Notes under the pieces: model-generated
What the model saw: the letters and a program-made list of their open reading frames with translations, nothing else
Database searches by the model: none
Told to the model about the DNA's origin: nothing
Shown: in pieces, positions 35,907 through 47,448 of the stretch
Layout: each line of letters opens with the position of its first letter
Position numbering within the stretch: position 1 is the first letter of the stretch
Assembly (NCBI GenBank): GCA_963808975.1
Contig: CAWEHR010000008.1
Coordinates: 114,493-178,492 of the forward strand
Direction: 5' to 3'
DNA: 64,000 nucleotides
DNA from: an uncultured Gammaproteobacteria bacterium
GTDB taxonomy: Bacteria > Pseudomonadota > Gammaproteobacteria > Pseudomonadales > JAHEGP01
Translations under genes and position numbers: made by a program

Positions 35907-38462
35907 CTACAGCCAGATCATTGCGCCAGTCTCGAAGCGGTGACACAGCAGTGGGTTGTGGGGGTACATTCTTATCTTGTAGTACTGCAGGCCGGACAGT
36001 TGCGGCATCAGGTCAAGGCCAAACTGGAGACCATCCCCCTCCTGCTCGCAGGCGACCAGGCGCGCTGTCTGCGCAATGTTGAACGCCGAGTCGTCGGTCG
36101 CCTGACCAACCAGGCACTCCACCACCACGTCGTCGGCCGTCAGGCCATTGAGATGCGCTCGCACCCGCAACGGCAACGATTCGCCGTGGGCGGCATGGCT
36201 CGGGGGTGGATTTTCGAGGTGCATGGTGACCCCGGGCCAGCAGTCCCGCACTTTCCTTTTCCACTCGGCGAGCTTGCGGGCGTTTTCACAGCCATTCGCC
36301 AGCATCCGCCGCCGTTGTTCCTGAGCGGGGTGGTAAAACCGGGTAATGTAATCCCGCAGCATGCGGTGGGAGTTGAAGCGCGGCAGGATGGATATCATCG
36401 ACGCCTTGGACATTTTCACCCAGCCCTTCGAATAACCCCGTCCGTCGCGGTCATAATACAGGGGGATGACCTGGTGCTCGAGAATCTCCAGCAGATCCTG
36501 GGCTTCCTCCCGGTTGCGGTATTCCAGGTCGTGGTCGGTACCCCGCGGCGCAATGGCCCAGCCGTTTTCCTGGTTGTAGCCTTCACCCCACCAGCCGTCC
36601 AGCACACTGAGGTTGATGATACCGTTGATGGCTGCCTTCTGGCCCGATGTGCCGCTGGCCTCCAGCGGGTATTCCGGGGTGTTGAGCCAGACATCGACGC
36701 CGGATACCAGCCTGCGTGCCAATGCCATGTCGTAGCCCTCGAGAAGGATGATCTTGCCGATAAATTCCGGGCGCAGCGAGAATTCGTGAATCACCCGAAT
36801 CAGGTGCTGGCCGGGTTCGTCATTGGGGTGCGCCTTGCCGGCGAACACAATGACGGCAGGGCGTTTAGGATCATTGAGCAGCGCTGCCAGGCGCTGCGGG
36901 TCGGAGAATAGCAGGGTGGCGCGCTTATACGTTGCGAATCGGCGTGCAAAGCCCAGCACCAGGATATCGGAGTCCGGGTCGGAAATGGCGCCAAGCACCT
37001 GCTGGGTGTGGGCATGACTGCTGTGATTGCGCATGCTCTGGTGCCTGATCCGCGCACAGATATTGTCAAGCATCTGCTGCTTGATGGCCTTGTGCACGCT
37101 CCAGTACTGATGATCCGGAATATCGTTGATCCGGTTCCAGAAGTCGATGTTGAGAAACTCACTGTGCCAATCGTCAAAGTGCAGGTCGAACAGGCTGCTC
37201 CACTCCCGTGACAAGAAGGTTTGTACATGCACGCCGTTGGTGACGTAGCCGATCGGGTTTTCGTCCTCGGGAATCTGCGGCCACAGGGCCGCCTCCATAC
37301 TCGAGGCAACCGAACCATGGATGCGACTGACGCCATTGCGAAACCGTGAGCCGCGTATTGCCAGCACGGTCATGTTGAAACCTTCGCTGCTGTGGGGAGC
37401 CAGCCCCAGCTGGTAGAGGTGCTCGAAATCAATACCCAGTTCATGGGCATAGGCCTCGAGGTAGGTAACCACCAGGTCCTTGGAAAAGATGTCATGACCG
37501 GCCGGGACCGGGGTATGGGTGGTGAATACCGTGCCGGCCGCCACCAGCTCGAGGGCGCTTTCAAAATCGAGGCCCCGGTGCACATGATGGCGACAGCGTT
37601 CAAGAATCTGAAAGGCGGAGTGCCCTTCATTGATATGCCAGACGCTGGGTGCCTTGCCCATCAAGCGCAGCGCACGGGTGCCGCCAATGCCGAGGATTAT
37701 CTCCTGCATGATACGGGTTTCGGAGCCTCCACCGTACAGTTGGTGGGTTATGCTGCGGTCGTGTTCGCTATTCTGCGGCAGGTCCGTGTCCAGCAGCACC
37801 AGGGAAATATGGCCAGCCCGGGCCTGCCATACCTTGACGGCGACCTGGCGCCCCGGAAACTCTATTGCCAGTTCAACGGGCTTGCCCTCTTCGTTCAGGG
37901 CGGGGACGATGGGCAGGTCCTGCACACCGCAATGGGTGTAGCTGGCAAGCTGGTTGCCTTGCTCGTCGATGGTCTGGTTGAAATATCCCTTCTGGTAAAG
38001 CAGGCCGACACCGATGAACGGGATGCCAAGATCGCTGGCCGCCTTGCAGTGGTCGCCGGCAAGTATTCCCAGGCCGCCGGAGTAAATGGGAAAGCTCTCG
38101 TGCATGCCGAACTCGGCGCAAAAATACGCGACCAGGTCTTTTTCCGGGTCGAACAGTGCCGCCATTTCGGGATTCATGCGCCCGACGTGGTAGGAGTCGT
38201 AACTGATGATGACCCGCCGGTATTCCTCCATGTAGGCGCGATCCTGCACCGCCGCGTCCAGCGCCTGTTGCGATATGCGCCGTAAGAACACCTTGGGATT
38301 GTGGCTGCAGCTTTCCCACAGCGCGTTGTCGAGGCGGAAGAACAGGCTCCGAACCCGCCGGTCCCAGCTGTATAACAGGTCGTTGGCGAGGACATCGAGC
38401 CGCTGCAGGGCTGCGGGCAAACGGGGTCGAACTTCAAGGGTGAAACGGGTACCTTGGCTCAT
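35907..38462 (-). CDS. glgP: alpha-glucan phosphorylase (GT35, DUF3417-type 'alpha-glucan family phosphorylase')
   Basis: I trimmed the start to ATG 38462. It has the N-terminal DUF3417-like segment (LANDLLYSWDRRVRSLF..LWE), then GGLGILAGDHCKAASDLGIPFIGVGLLY, and the C-terminal PLP region (TSGQKAAING). Confidence 0.9.
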   Translation of the reverse strand: MSQGTRFTLEVRPRLPAALQRLDVLANDLLYSWDRRVRSLFFRLDNALWESCSHNPKVFLRRISQQALDAAVQDRAYMEEYRRVIISYDSYHVGRMNPEMAALFDPEKDLVAYFCAEFGMHESFPIYSGGLGILAGDHCKAASDLGIPFIGVGLLYQKGYFNQTIDEQGNQLASYTHCGVQDLPIVPALNEEGKPVELAIEFPGRQVAVKVWQARAGHISLVLLDTDLPQNSEHDRSITHQLYGGGSETRIMQEIILGIGGTRALRLMGKAPSVWHINEGHSAFQILERCRHHVHRGLDFESALELVAAGTVFTTHTPVPAGHDIFSKDLVVTYLEAYAHELGIDFEHLYQLGLAPHSSEGFNMTVLAIRGSRFRNGVSRIHGSVASSMEAALWPQIPEDENPIGYVTNGVHVQTFLSREWSSLFDLHFDDWHSEFLNIDFWNRINDIPDHQYWSVHKAIKQQMLDNICARIRHQSMRNHSSHAHTQQVLGAISDPDSDILVLGFARRFATYKRATLLFSDPQRLAALLNDPKRPAVIVFAGKAHPNDEPGQHLIRVIHEFSLRPEFIGKIILLEGYDMALARRLVSGVDVWLNTPEYPLEASGTSGQKAAINGIINLSVLDGWWGEGYNQENGWAIAPRGTDHDLEYRNREEAQDLLEILEHQVIPLYYDRDGRGYSKGWVKMSKASMISILPRFNSHRMLRDYITRFYHPAQEQRRRMLANGCENARKLAEWKRKVRDCWPGVTMHLENPPPSHAAHGESLPLRVRAHLNGLTADDVVVECLVGQATDDSAFNIAQTARLVACEQEGDGLQFGLDLMPQLSGLQYYKIRMYPHNPLLCHRFETGAMIWL

Positions 38463-38588
38463 GAGCTCTCTAATTTGCAATCCTGGGGCTGGCGGAATGA
38501 AGCTGGGGAAATGGTCGCGAGAAATGCCCCATTGCCCCAACAGCGTTGCGTTATTGTTGCGCCGGCTGGCTTGGCGTGCAACCGGAAT

Positions 38589-40073
38589 TTAGCCCTGTGT
38601 TCCCCCGGCCAGCCCGCGGGCTTGCTGGTCGCGGGCTTGCTGGTATAGCTGCTGGTAGGCGAGGGCGCTGCGTCGCCAGGACCAATCCCGGCTCATGCCC
38701 TCGCGTTGCAGGCGTTGCCAGGTGGCCGGGTCTCGATAGCACTCAAGCGCGCGGTGGGCGGCGTAGAGGATGCCGCCCACATCGGCATGATCAAAGCTGA
38801 AGCCGTTGGCGCTGCCATCCTCCAGGCTGGCAGGGTTGCAGTCGACCACGGTGTCGGCGAGACCGCCGCAGCGATGTACCACAGGCACGGTGCCGTAGCG
38901 CAGGCTGTACATCTGGTTGAGGCCGCAGGGCTCGAAGCGGGAGGGCATGACAAAGATATCCGCCCCGGCTTCGATGCGGTGCGACAGTGCTTCATCGTAG
39001 CCGGCAACCACCGCGACCTCGCCGGGATAGGTCTGCGCCAATTGGGTCAGGTGGCGTTCCAGGTGTTGCTCGCCGCTGCCCAGGATAATGAAGCGGGCGC
39101 CTGCCTCCACCAGCTCGGGGATGGCGGCGAGCAGCAAATCGACGCCTTTTTGCTCCACCAGTCGACCGACAAAGCCCAGCAGCGGGCGGTTGCCAGTGGT
39201 ATCCAGTCCGTATTGCACAAGCAGTGCGTCCTTGTTGTGTCGTTTGTCCGCGAGGGTCCGCTGATCGTAGTTCTTGACCAGCAGCGGATCAGTGGCGGGA
39301 TTCCAGACGTCGACATCGATGCCATTGAGAATGCCGGAGAGCGCCGCGCTGCGATGGCGCAGCAGGCCATCGAGGCCGTAACCGAGTGCCGGGGTCTGGA
39401 TTTCCCGGGCATAGCTCGGGCTGACGGTGTTGATGCGGTCGGCGAGTAACAGCCCGCCCTTGATAAACGACATCTGGCCGTGGAACTCGAGACCCTCGGG
39501 GCTGAACAATTGGACGGGTAGTTGCAGGTCAACAAAGCTCTGATGGCTGAAGAGCCCCTGGTAGGCCAGGTTATGCAGGGTAAAAACGCTCGCCGGCGGA
39601 GCGTTCTCCAGCTTGAGCAGTGCCGGCACCAGGCCGGTTTGCCAGTCGTTGCAATGGACAATGCCGGGCCGCCATTGCAGCCCCGCGCGGTCCATGGCCA
39701 GTTCCACCCCAACCCGGCACAGCAGGGCGAAGCGCCGGTGATTGTCATCCCAGGGCTGGCCGCTGTCATCCAGGTAGGGGTTGCCGGGCCGGTCAAACAG
39801 CGCCGGGCAGTCGATCAGCCAGTGACACACCTTGCTGCCGGGCAGCACCGTCTCGATCAGCCGCAGCGGGTAGCCCCCGACCTCCATCTGGCACAGCTCA
39901 AACGCCATGCCAGTGCGCGCTTTTTCCAGTGCCGCCGGATAGCCGGGTAGCAGCACCCGCACATCGTAGCCCTGCTCAGCAAGCGCGGCGGGCAAGCTGG
40001 CGGCAACATCGCCGAGGCCGCCGGTTTTACAGAACGGAATGGCTTCGCTGGCAATAAACAGTAGGCTTTGCAT
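38589..40073 (-). CDS. glgA: glycogen synthase (ADP-glucose type, GT5)
   Basis: I trimmed the start to ATG 40073. It has the N-terminal KTGGLGDV motif and a C-terminal GT-B domain (PSRFEPCGLNQMY). Confidence 0.93.
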   Translation of the reverse strand: MQSLLFIASEAIPFCKTGGLGDVAASLPAALAEQGYDVRVLLPGYPAALEKARTGMAFELCQMEVGGYPLRLIETVLPGSKVCHWLIDCPALFDRPGNPYLDDSGQPWDDNHRRFALLCRVGVELAMDRAGLQWRPGIVHCNDWQTGLVPALLKLENAPPASVFTLHNLAYQGLFSHQSFVDLQLPVQLFSPEGLEFHGQMSFIKGGLLLADRINTVSPSYAREIQTPALGYGLDGLLRHRSAALSGILNGIDVDVWNPATDPLLVKNYDQRTLADKRHNKDALLVQYGLDTTGNRPLLGFVGRLVEQKGVDLLLAAIPELVEAGARFIILGSGEQHLERHLTQLAQTYPGEVAVVAGYDEALSHRIEAGADIFVMPSRFEPCGLNQMYSLRYGTVPVVHRCGGLADTVVDCNPASLEDGSANGFSFDHADVGGILYAAHRALECYRDPATWQRLQREGMSRDWSWRRSALAYQQLYQQARDQQARGLAGGTQG

Positions 40074-40249
40074 AACGGCACGAGTCCTTAACAACTTGTT
40101 GAGAAAAGGCTTCCTGCCTTGTCCCAAAACGCGAAAAGGAAAAACGTGGTTTTCCCTTTTTTACAAAACCAAAGGCTTAAGGCCCTTGAGTGTGCCGATA
40201 CATCCAGTAGGTACCAGGCTGTTGAAATCCAGCGAATTTCAACAAGCTG

Positions 40250-42427
40250 CTAGGCAGTGAGCTTGAGTATGATGCCACCCAGAGGCGGCAGGGTCAGCAC
40301 GATGGACTGGCTCTGGCCCATCCAGCTACCCGCGATGCTGGTGACCGGCAGGCCGTTGCCGAGGTTACTGCCGCCGTAAAACTGTGAGTCGGAGTTGAAC
40401 AGCTCGCTGTAGGTACCAGCCACCGGTACGCCAATGCGGTAGTCGAAGCGTGGTTGTGGGGTGAAGTTGAGAACCACGACGGTGGTTTCATCGCCGTCGC
40501 GTCGCAGGTAGCTGATCACTGACTGAGTGGAGTCGTGGCAGTCGATCCATTCAAATCCACTGGCATCAAAACAGTGTCGATACAGCGAGCTTTCGCCGCG
40601 ATACAGCCTGTTGAGGTCGCCCACCATCTGCTGCACGCCCCGGTGCAGGGGCTGCTCCAGCAAGCCCCAGTCGAGCGCTCGATTGCTGGACCACTCCCGC
40701 AACTGGGCCAGTTCATTGCCCATGAACAGGAGCTTGGTGCCGGGGTAGGTGAACAGGTAGGTGTAGACCAGGCGCAGATTGGCAAATCGTTGCCACTCGT
40801 CCCCCGGCATTTTTTCCAGCATCGACTTTTTGCCGTGGACGACCTCGTCGTGGGAAAAGGGTAGCGCGAAATTCTCGCTGAATGCGTACATCAGGCCGAA
40901 CGTGAGTTTGTCGTGATGGTACTTGCGAAAGATCGGGTCGAGTTGCATGTAGGCCAGGGTGTCGTTCATCCAGCCCATGTTCCACTTCATCGAAAAGCCC
41001 AGCCCCCCCAGCCAGACCGGCCCGGTAACCTGGGGCCAGGCCGTTGATTCCTCGGCAATGGTCAGGGTGCCGGGGTGTTCGCCATGGGTCAGGCTGTTGA
41101 GCTCGCGCAGGAATGCGACCGCCTCGAGGTTTTCGCGACCACCGTACTTGTTGGGGGACCACTCGCCCGCTTTGCGTGAGTAGTCGAGATAGATCATCGA
41201 GGCCACGGCGTCTACCCGCAAGCCGTCGAGGTGGAACTCCTCGAGCCAGAAATTGGCGCTGGCCAACAGGAAGTTCGAGACTTCGCGGCGACCGTAATCG
41301 TAAATGAGCGTACCCCAGTCGGTATGCTCACCGCGCTGGGGATCCGCGTGCTCGTACAGGGTGGTGCCATCGAAGCGGGCCAGTGCATGGTCGTCCCGGG
41401 GAAAATGCGCCGGCACCCAGTCCAGCAGCACCCCGATGCCGTGGCGGTGACAGTAGTCCACCAGGTAACGAAAATCATCCGGCGTGCCGAAACGGGAACT
41501 GGGGGCGAAGTAACCGGTGGTCTGGTAGCCCCAGGAGTCGTCCAGGGGATGCTCGGTAACGGGCAGCAGCTCTACGTGGGTGAAGCCGAGTTGTTGCACA
41601 TAGTCGACCAGGCGATGCGCCAGCTCACGGTAATTGAGAAAGCCATCCGCCGGATCGCGTTGCCAGGAACCGAGATGAACCTCGTAAACCGACATCGGGC
41701 TGTGCTGCCAGTCGCGTTCGCGTCGCTGTTGCAGCCAGGCGTCGTCCTGCCACTGGAAGGTGTCCGGACCGGTGACGACGGATGCGGTCTGGGGCCGCAG
41801 CTCCGCCTGCCGCGCGTAGGGGTCCGCCTTGCTATGCAGGCTGCCATGCTGGCGATTGCGCAACTCAAACTTGTACAGGGCACCGGCGCCAATGCCCGGG
41901 ATGAACAGCTCCCAGATGCCGCTGCTACCGCGCACCCGCATCGGGTGACAACGGCCGTCCCAGGCGTTGAAATCTCCTATCACGCTCACCCGTTCGGCAT
42001 TGGGCGCCCAGGTGGCGAAGAGGGTGCCGTCGATGCCGTCGATACGGCTGGCATTTGCGCCCAGAAAGCGGTAGATGTGCCAGTGCTTGCCCTCACCGAA
42101 CAGGTGAAGGTCGAAATCGCGCAGTTGGGGCGCAAAGCTGTAGGGGTCGCAGGCGAGGTGCTCCTCGCCCGCGCCGTCGAGCCAGCGAACCGAGTAGTGT
42201 TGTTCCAGGTTCAGCGCGGTGGCATCGAGGGTGAACAGGCTGTTGGCGCGGCGTTCCAGTTCAACCTGCTCCCCCGGCGCCAGTTCCAGCGCCGCGCGTT
42301 TCGCGTGGGGGAGGAAGACACGCAGTTCGGTCTTGCCGTCCTCGCGGTGCAAGCCGAGCACCGAAAATGGGTCGTGCAAACAGCCAGCGAACAGTTGCTG
42401 CCAGTGGCGGGGAATGTGTTTTGCCAT
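40250..42427 (-). CDS. glgB: 1,4-alpha-glucan branching enzyme (GH13)
   Basis: 725 aa. It has the GH13 conserved regions ([28 protein letters not shown]) and the typical GlgB N-terminal modules. Confidence 0.95.
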   Translation of the reverse strand: MAKHIPRHWQQLFAGCLHDPFSVLGLHREDGKTELRVFLPHAKRAALELAPGEQVELERRANSLFTLDATALNLEQHYSVRWLDGAGEEHLACDPYSFAPQLRDFDLHLFGEGKHWHIYRFLGANASRIDGIDGTLFATWAPNAERVSVIGDFNAWDGRCHPMRVRGSSGIWELFIPGIGAGALYKFELRNRQHGSLHSKADPYARQAELRPQTASVVTGPDTFQWQDDAWLQQRRERDWQHSPMSVYEVHLGSWQRDPADGFLNYRELAHRLVDYVQQLGFTHVELLPVTEHPLDDSWGYQTTGYFAPSSRFGTPDDFRYLVDYCHRHGIGVLLDWVPAHFPRDDHALARFDGTTLYEHADPQRGEHTDWGTLIYDYGRREVSNFLLASANFWLEEFHLDGLRVDAVASMIYLDYSRKAGEWSPNKYGGRENLEAVAFLRELNSLTHGEHPGTLTIAEESTAWPQVTGPVWLGGLGFSMKWNMGWMNDTLAYMQLDPIFRKYHHDKLTFGLMYAFSENFALPFSHDEVVHGKKSMLEKMPGDEWQRFANLRLVYTYLFTYPGTKLLFMGNELAQLREWSSNRALDWGLLEQPLHRGVQQMVGDLNRLYRGESSLYRHCFDASGFEWIDCHDSTQSVISYLRRDGDETTVVVLNFTPQPRFDYRIGVPVAGTYSELFNSDSQFYGGSNLGNGLPVTSIAGSWMGQSQSIVLTLPPLGGIILKLTA

Positions 42428-42724
42428 GGGGGTGTCTCACCGAGTGCCAGGGTACAGCAGACTTGCACTGTGCCGGGCCTCGGGCACCGGCGATGACTGG
42501 CAAGGCTGGATCGGCATGGGGCACCAAAAATAAATTGCGGATGCCGTCAAGCCACTTCACGAAATGGTAAAGTATCGCCATGATAATACAAGGCTCACCG
42601 CAAAAGGGTGGCAAGCAGTTGGCACCGCGGCAATAATGACCGGGTGGAAAGGGGTGCGGCCGGCAGTGCGGTCAGCCGGGCGAAGCTTCCACGCCCATGG
42701 AATCGGGTTAGGAGAAAGAGCTCA

Positions 42725-43996
42725 ATGGTAAATAGCAGTTCCGGACGTTTCGTCAGCCGGTTGACCCGGGATACCCTGGCATTGATCCTGGCGGGGGGCA
42801 AAGGCTCCCGCCTGCACGACCTGACAACCTGGCGGGCCAAGCCGGCGGTGCCCTTCGGTGGCAAGTACCGCATTATCGACTTCCCCTTGTCCAACTGCGT
42901 AAATTCCGGTATCCGCCGGGTTGGCATCCTGACCCAGTACAAGGCACATTCGCTGATTCGCCACGTGCAGCAGGGCTGGGGCTTCCTGAGTGGTAACTTC
43001 GGAGAGTTCGTCGAGTTGATTCCAGCCCAGCAGCGAACCCAGTCGTCATGGTACCAGGGCACCGCCGATGCGATCCTGCAGAATCTCGATATCATTCGCC
43101 GGCATCGCCCCGGGTATGTGCTGATTCTTGCGGGTGACCATATCTACAAGATGGACTACGGCACCATGCTTGCCGCCCATGTCGAGAGCGGTGCCGATAT
43201 CACGGTGGGTTGCATCGATGTCGGGCTGGATGAGGCTTCGGCTTTCGGGGTGATGGCAGTGGATAACGCCATGAATATTATCGAGTTCGAGGAGAAGCCC
43301 GAGCACCCCAAGGCGATGCCGGGGCGGTCGGACCGGGCGCTGGCCTCGATGGGTATTTATGTTTTCAGCACTGAGGTGCTGTACGAGGAATTGACCCGGG
43401 AAGTGCATGCGACTAATTTCAGTCACGATTTCGGCCGCGATATCATTCCCGCCGCCCTTGGCCTGCGCAAGGTATGCGCCTTTCCGTTTCGCAATAGCCA
43501 GGATGATAGCCAGCGTGCCTACTGGCGCGATGTCGGCACCATCGATGCATTCTGGGAAGCCAATATGGAACTCATCGGCATCAGCCCCGAACTCAACCTC
43601 TACGACAATGACTGGCCCATATGGACCTACCAGAAGCAGGTTCCGCCGGCGAAGTTCGTATTCGATGATGAGGGTCGCCGGGGCACGGCGGTCGACTCCA
43701 TGGTGTCCGGTGGTTCGATAGTCTCCGGGTCGATCGTGCGCCATTCGCTGCTGTTCACCAAGGTACGGGTGCACTCGTATTGCGAAATCGAGGACACCGT
43801 GGTTTTTCCCGACGTCGATGTCGGCCGGGGCTGTAAAATCCGTCGTGCCGTCGTCGACCGTGGCTGCCAGATTCCGGCCCGGACGGTTATCGGTTACGAT
43901 CATGACGAGGATCGACGCCGGTTTCATGTCACCGAGAACGGCATCGTTCTGGTGACGGCCGAAATGCTGGGACAGGAGTTTACCCATGTCGTCTGA
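42725..43996 (+). CDS. glgC: glucose-1-phosphate adenylyltransferase
   Basis: I trimmed the start to ATG 42725, after AGGAGA. It has the motifs [33 protein letters not shown] and WYQGTADA. Confidence 0.95.
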   Translation: MVNSSSGRFVSRLTRDTLALILAGGKGSRLHDLTTWRAKPAVPFGGKYRIIDFPLSNCVNSGIRRVGILTQYKAHSLIRHVQQGWGFLSGNFGEFVELIPAQQRTQSSWYQGTADAILQNLDIIRRHRPGYVLILAGDHIYKMDYGTMLAAHVESGADITVGCIDVGLDEASAFGVMAVDNAMNIIEFEEKPEHPKAMPGRSDRALASMGIYVFSTEVLYEELTREVHATNFSHDFGRDIIPAALGLRKVCAFPFRNSQDDSQRAYWRDVGTIDAFWEANMELIGISPELNLYDNDWPIWTYQKQVPPAKFVFDDEGRRGTAVDSMVSGGSIVSGSIVRHSLLFTKVRVHSYCEIEDTVVFPDVDVGRGCKIRRAVVDRGCQIPARTVIGYDHDEDRRRFHVTENGIVLVTAEMLGQEFTHVV

Positions 43997-45698
43997 CACG
44001 CCCATGCCGGTGGTCTTTTGCTGGCACATGCACCAGCCTGAATATCGCGACCTGCGCAGCGACGAGTTCCAGCTGTCGTGGACCTACCTGCATGCGATGA
44101 AAGATTACGTCGATATGGCAGCGCATCTCGAGCAGCAGGACGGTGCGCGAGCGGTGGTGAATTTCGCGCCCGTGTTGCTGGACCAGATCGAGGATTACGC
44201 CAGCCAGCTCGACAGCTTTATCAACCACGGCGGTGCCATTCGCGATTCGCTGTTGTCCGCGCTCGCGGAGTCGACGCTGCCAGCGGATAACCAGCAGCGC
44301 ATGATCCTCATGGAAAAGTGCCTGCGGGTTAACAAGCAGCGTGTAATCGAGCGTTTCCCCGGGTACCGGCGGCTTGCGCCCATGGCCACAGCACTGCAGC
44401 GCAACCCGGACGCGGTGATGTATGCCTCCCAGCAGTTTTTTGTCGACCTGGTGGTTTGGTACCACCTGGGGTGGCTGGCGGAAACGACCCGGCGTGACAA
44501 CGCCTGGGTGCAGCAGTTACAGGACAAACAGTACGGTTACACTCCCCATGACCGGCTTTTGTTAGTGCGCCTTATCCACGATGAATTACGCTCGATCATA
44601 CCGCGCTACCGCAAGCTCCACGAGCAGGGGCGGGTCGAGCTGGCAATGAGCCCGTATGCCCATCCCATGCTGCCATTGTTGTTGGATATCGAGTCGGCCC
44701 GGGAGGCACTGCCGGACAGCCCGCTGCCGCTGGTGACCCATTACCCGGGCGGTGAGGAGCGCGCCCGCTGGCATTTGCAGACCGGGCTGGAAACCTTCGA
44801 GCGCCATTTCGGTATTCGTCCGGCGGGTTGCTGGCCCTCCGAGGGGGGACTGAGCCAGGCTACCCTGGGACTGCTTGCCGAGCAGGGCTTCCAGTGGTGC
44901 GCCAGTGGTCAGTCGGTTATCCAGAACAGCCTGAAGCGTGACAATCCCGGGGAGAAAGAAAAAGAGAATCATCCTTGCCGGCATCGCGTTTACCGCTTTG
45001 GGGGAGAGGCAATAGACTGTTTTTTCCGTGACGACGGGCTGTCTGACCTGATCGGTTTCAATTATGCCGAGTGGCACGCCGATGATGCGGTCAACAACCT
45101 TGTGCACCATCTTACCGAGATCGCCCGTGCCTGCCCCGATCGGGGCAACTGTGCAGTCGCCATAATCCTCGATGGCGAAAATGCCTGGGAGTACTATCCC
45201 GAGAACGCCTACCATTTCTTGAGAGGCATGTACCGGGCGATTTCAAAACACCCGGAGCTGACCCTGACCACCTTCAGTGATGTTCTGCGCCGACAGCCCC
45301 AGCGGGTGGATTTGCCTGCCGTAGTTGCTGGCAGCTGGGTGTATGGCACCTTCTCCACCTGGGTGGGAGACAGCGACAAGAACCGCGGCTGGGATATCCT
45401 CGCGGAAGCCAAGCAGCACTACGACGACAAACTCGCCAGTGGCAGCCTCGATCCCGAAACCTTGAAAAAGGCCGAGTGGCAGCTCGCGGCCTGCGAGGGA
45501 TCGGATTGGTTCTGGTGGTTTGGTGATTACAACCCCACCGAGGCGGTGAACGATTTCGAGCACCTGTACCGCCTGCACTTGTCGAATCTCTACCAGTTAC
45601 TGGGGCTGGAGGTGCCGCCTTACCTGTCCGACACCATCAGCCATGGCGGTGGTGCCACCGGCCGCAGCGGTACCATGCGGCCGGGACAGGCATCCTGA
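43986..45698 (+). CDS. glycoside hydrolase family 57 protein
   Basis: 570 aa with the GH57-type N-terminus ([11 protein letters not shown]). It has conserved Glu/Asp regions ([33 protein letters not shown]). It overlaps the end of glgC by 11 nt. Confidence 0.85.
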   Translation: MSSDTPMPVVFCWHMHQPEYRDLRSDEFQLSWTYLHAMKDYVDMAAHLEQQDGARAVVNFAPVLLDQIEDYASQLDSFINHGGAIRDSLLSALAESTLPADNQQRMILMEKCLRVNKQRVIERFPGYRRLAPMATALQRNPDAVMYASQQFFVDLVVWYHLGWLAETTRRDNAWVQQLQDKQYGYTPHDRLLLVRLIHDELRSIIPRYRKLHEQGRVELAMSPYAHPMLPLLLDIESAREALPDSPLPLVTHYPGGEERARWHLQTGLETFERHFGIRPAGCWPSEGGLSQATLGLLAEQGFQWCASGQSVIQNSLKRDNPGEKEKENHPCRHRVYRFGGEAIDCFFRDDGLSDLIGFNYAEWHADDAVNNLVHHLTEIARACPDRGNCAVAIILDGENAWEYYPENAYHFLRGMYRAISKHPELTLTTFSDVLRRQPQRVDLPAVVAGSWVYGTFSTWVGDSDKNRGWDILAEAKQHYDDKLASGSLDPETLKKAEWQLAACEGSDWFWWFGDYNPTEAVNDFEHLYRLHLSNLYQLLGLEVPPYLSDTISHGGGATGRSGTMRPGQAS

Positions 45699-45768
45699 TG
45701 GCACGCATCGGGATGCCGGCGACCTGCGGGGCTGCAGCCGCGCACCCGACGCTACGCTGGAGGGCGCT

Positions 45769-47268
45769 GTGACCAGCCGCCTGGGTCGCCTGTTCGCCGA
45801 ACGCCGGGCAGGGGTATTGCTGCACCCCAGCAGTTTACCGTCCTGTTTCACTAGCGGTGACATCGGCACGGAGGCCCTGCACTATATCGACTTCCTCGCC
45901 AGTTGCGGCTTCCGGGTCTGGCAGATGCTACCCATCGGGCCCACCCACAGCGACGGCTCTCCCTACCAGCTATTGTCGGTACATGCCGGTAATCCTGATT
46001 TAATCGATCCGCAATGGTTGCGAGATCGAGGCTGGCTGCAGGGTGACGAGTTGCTCGACTGTTCCAAGCGTGCCGCCCTGCGCCTTGCCGCGGGCCGCTT
46101 TGGCGCCGCCTGCATCGCTCAGCCGAAGCAATCGGTCGCGCTCAAGTATCGCAGTTTCTGCCGGGCCAACAGCCACTGGCTGGATGACTATGCCCTCTTC
46201 ACGGCGCTGCGTGAAGCGTCGGGGTGCCAGGCATGGCAACAATGGCCGCCGGCGCTGCGCCAGCGCCAGGCCGAAGCACTGGCCCAGGCGGTGGAAGAAC
46301 ACGCGGGGACGATAGCGGCAGTTAAATTCGAGCAGTTCGTGTTTTTCGAACAGTGGCAGGAACTGCGCGAACATGCTAAGCGCCAGGGGATCGCGCTGTT
46401 CGGTGATATGCCGATATTCGTCCATCTCGACAGTGCGGATGTGTGGGCCAATCAGGAGGTATTCCGACTCGACCAGGACGGCCAGCCGCTGGTGGTAACC
46501 GGCGTGCCCCCCGACTATTTTTCTGCCGATGGCCAACGCTGGGGCAATCCGCACTACGATTGGCAGCAGTTGGAGGCCGAGGGTTTTGCCTGGTGGATTC
46601 AGCGGGTGGCATCCCAGCAGAAGTTGTTCGACCTGATCAGGGTCGATCATTTTCGAGGTTTCCAGGCCTGCTGGGAGATTCCCGTGCAATCGAGCACGGC
46701 CATCGATGGCAAGTGGGTGCTGGCGCCGGGCAAGCGGTTGTTCGAGGCCATCAGTGGGGCCTGCGGTGACGTATCCTTTGTCGCTGAAAACCTGGGCATC
46801 ATAACGCCCGAGGTGGAGGAGCTGCGCAATGCTTTCGGGCTGCCCGGCATGCTGATATTGCAATTCGCTTTTGATGGCAGCCCTAAAAACCCTTATTTGC
46901 CCCATAACCACCGCTCGCTGGAGGTGGTTTACACCGGCACCCACGATAACGATACCACCCTGGGCTGGTACAGTGGTCTCGACCCCGCGACACGGCAGCG
47001 TGTGTATCACTACTTCGGCGATCCCGCCGAAGGGATGCCTGGCTTACTGATTCGCGTGGCGCTGGCCTCGGTCGCCGGGTTGGCGATTTTGCCGATGCAG
47101 GATTTACTGGTGCTGGGCAGCGAGCATCGCATGAATGTGCCCGGTACCACGTCAGGTAATTGGCGCTGGCGTTTTAACTGGGGTGATATCGAGCCCGGTT
47201 TAGCCGGGAAGATGCATGGCTTGCTGGGTCTGTATGATCGCCTGCCCGGTGATTCCGGCGTTAGTTGA
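45769..47268 (+). CDS. malQ: 4-alpha-glucanotransferase (amylomaltase, GH77)
   Basis: The ORF spans 45643-47268. I set the start at GTG 45769, after GGAGGG. It has the GH77 motifs RRAGVLLHPSSLP, IRVDHFRGF, GDMPIFV and YTGTHDNDT. Confidence 0.9.
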   Translation: MTSRLGRLFAERRAGVLLHPSSLPSCFTSGDIGTEALHYIDFLASCGFRVWQMLPIGPTHSDGSPYQLLSVHAGNPDLIDPQWLRDRGWLQGDELLDCSKRAALRLAAGRFGAACIAQPKQSVALKYRSFCRANSHWLDDYALFTALREASGCQAWQQWPPALRQRQAEALAQAVEEHAGTIAAVKFEQFVFFEQWQELREHAKRQGIALFGDMPIFVHLDSADVWANQEVFRLDQDGQPLVVTGVPPDYFSADGQRWGNPHYDWQQLEAEGFAWWIQRVASQQKLFDLIRVDHFRGFQACWEIPVQSSTAIDGKWVLAPGKRLFEAISGACGDVSFVAENLGIITPEVEELRNAFGLPGMLILQFAFDGSPKNPYLPHNHRSLEVVYTGTHDNDTTLGWYSGLDPATRQRVYHYFGDPAEGMPGLLIRVALASVAGLAILPMQDLLVLGSEHRMNVPGTTSGNWRWRFNWGDIEPGLAGKMHGLLGLYDRLPGDSGVS

Positions 47269-47448
47269 CGGGCCATTCCCGGGCCGCGTCGGTCAATAGG
47301 CACCGTCCGTCGGCAGAGTCGTGACTCGTGCTCTATCCTGACCCTTCATGTAGTGATCGAATCCAGTGCATCAAACCTTGATATAGCGCATGGATTCCTG
47401 CCGCTATTTATGGCACAAATAAAATATGGGAAATAAAGGGAGTAATAT

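Noticed and set aside
35358-36911. Very long ORFs antisense to, or out of frame with, recognised genes. Examples: 35358-36911 (517 aa, opposite glgP), 3648-4736 (opposite ppdK), 1535-2713 (opposite phaC), 41231-42496 (opposite glgB), 46000-47010 (opposite malQ), 50856-52022 (opposite aidB), 43046-44029 (opposite glgC) and 18891-19511 (opposite recX).
   Set aside because: Their translations are Arg/Ala/Gly/Pro-rich and low in complexity, with no recognisable motifs. Each is fully covered by a gene with strong family signatures on the other strand or frame. This is the typical stop-codon-poor shadow-ORF artefact of GC-rich DNA.
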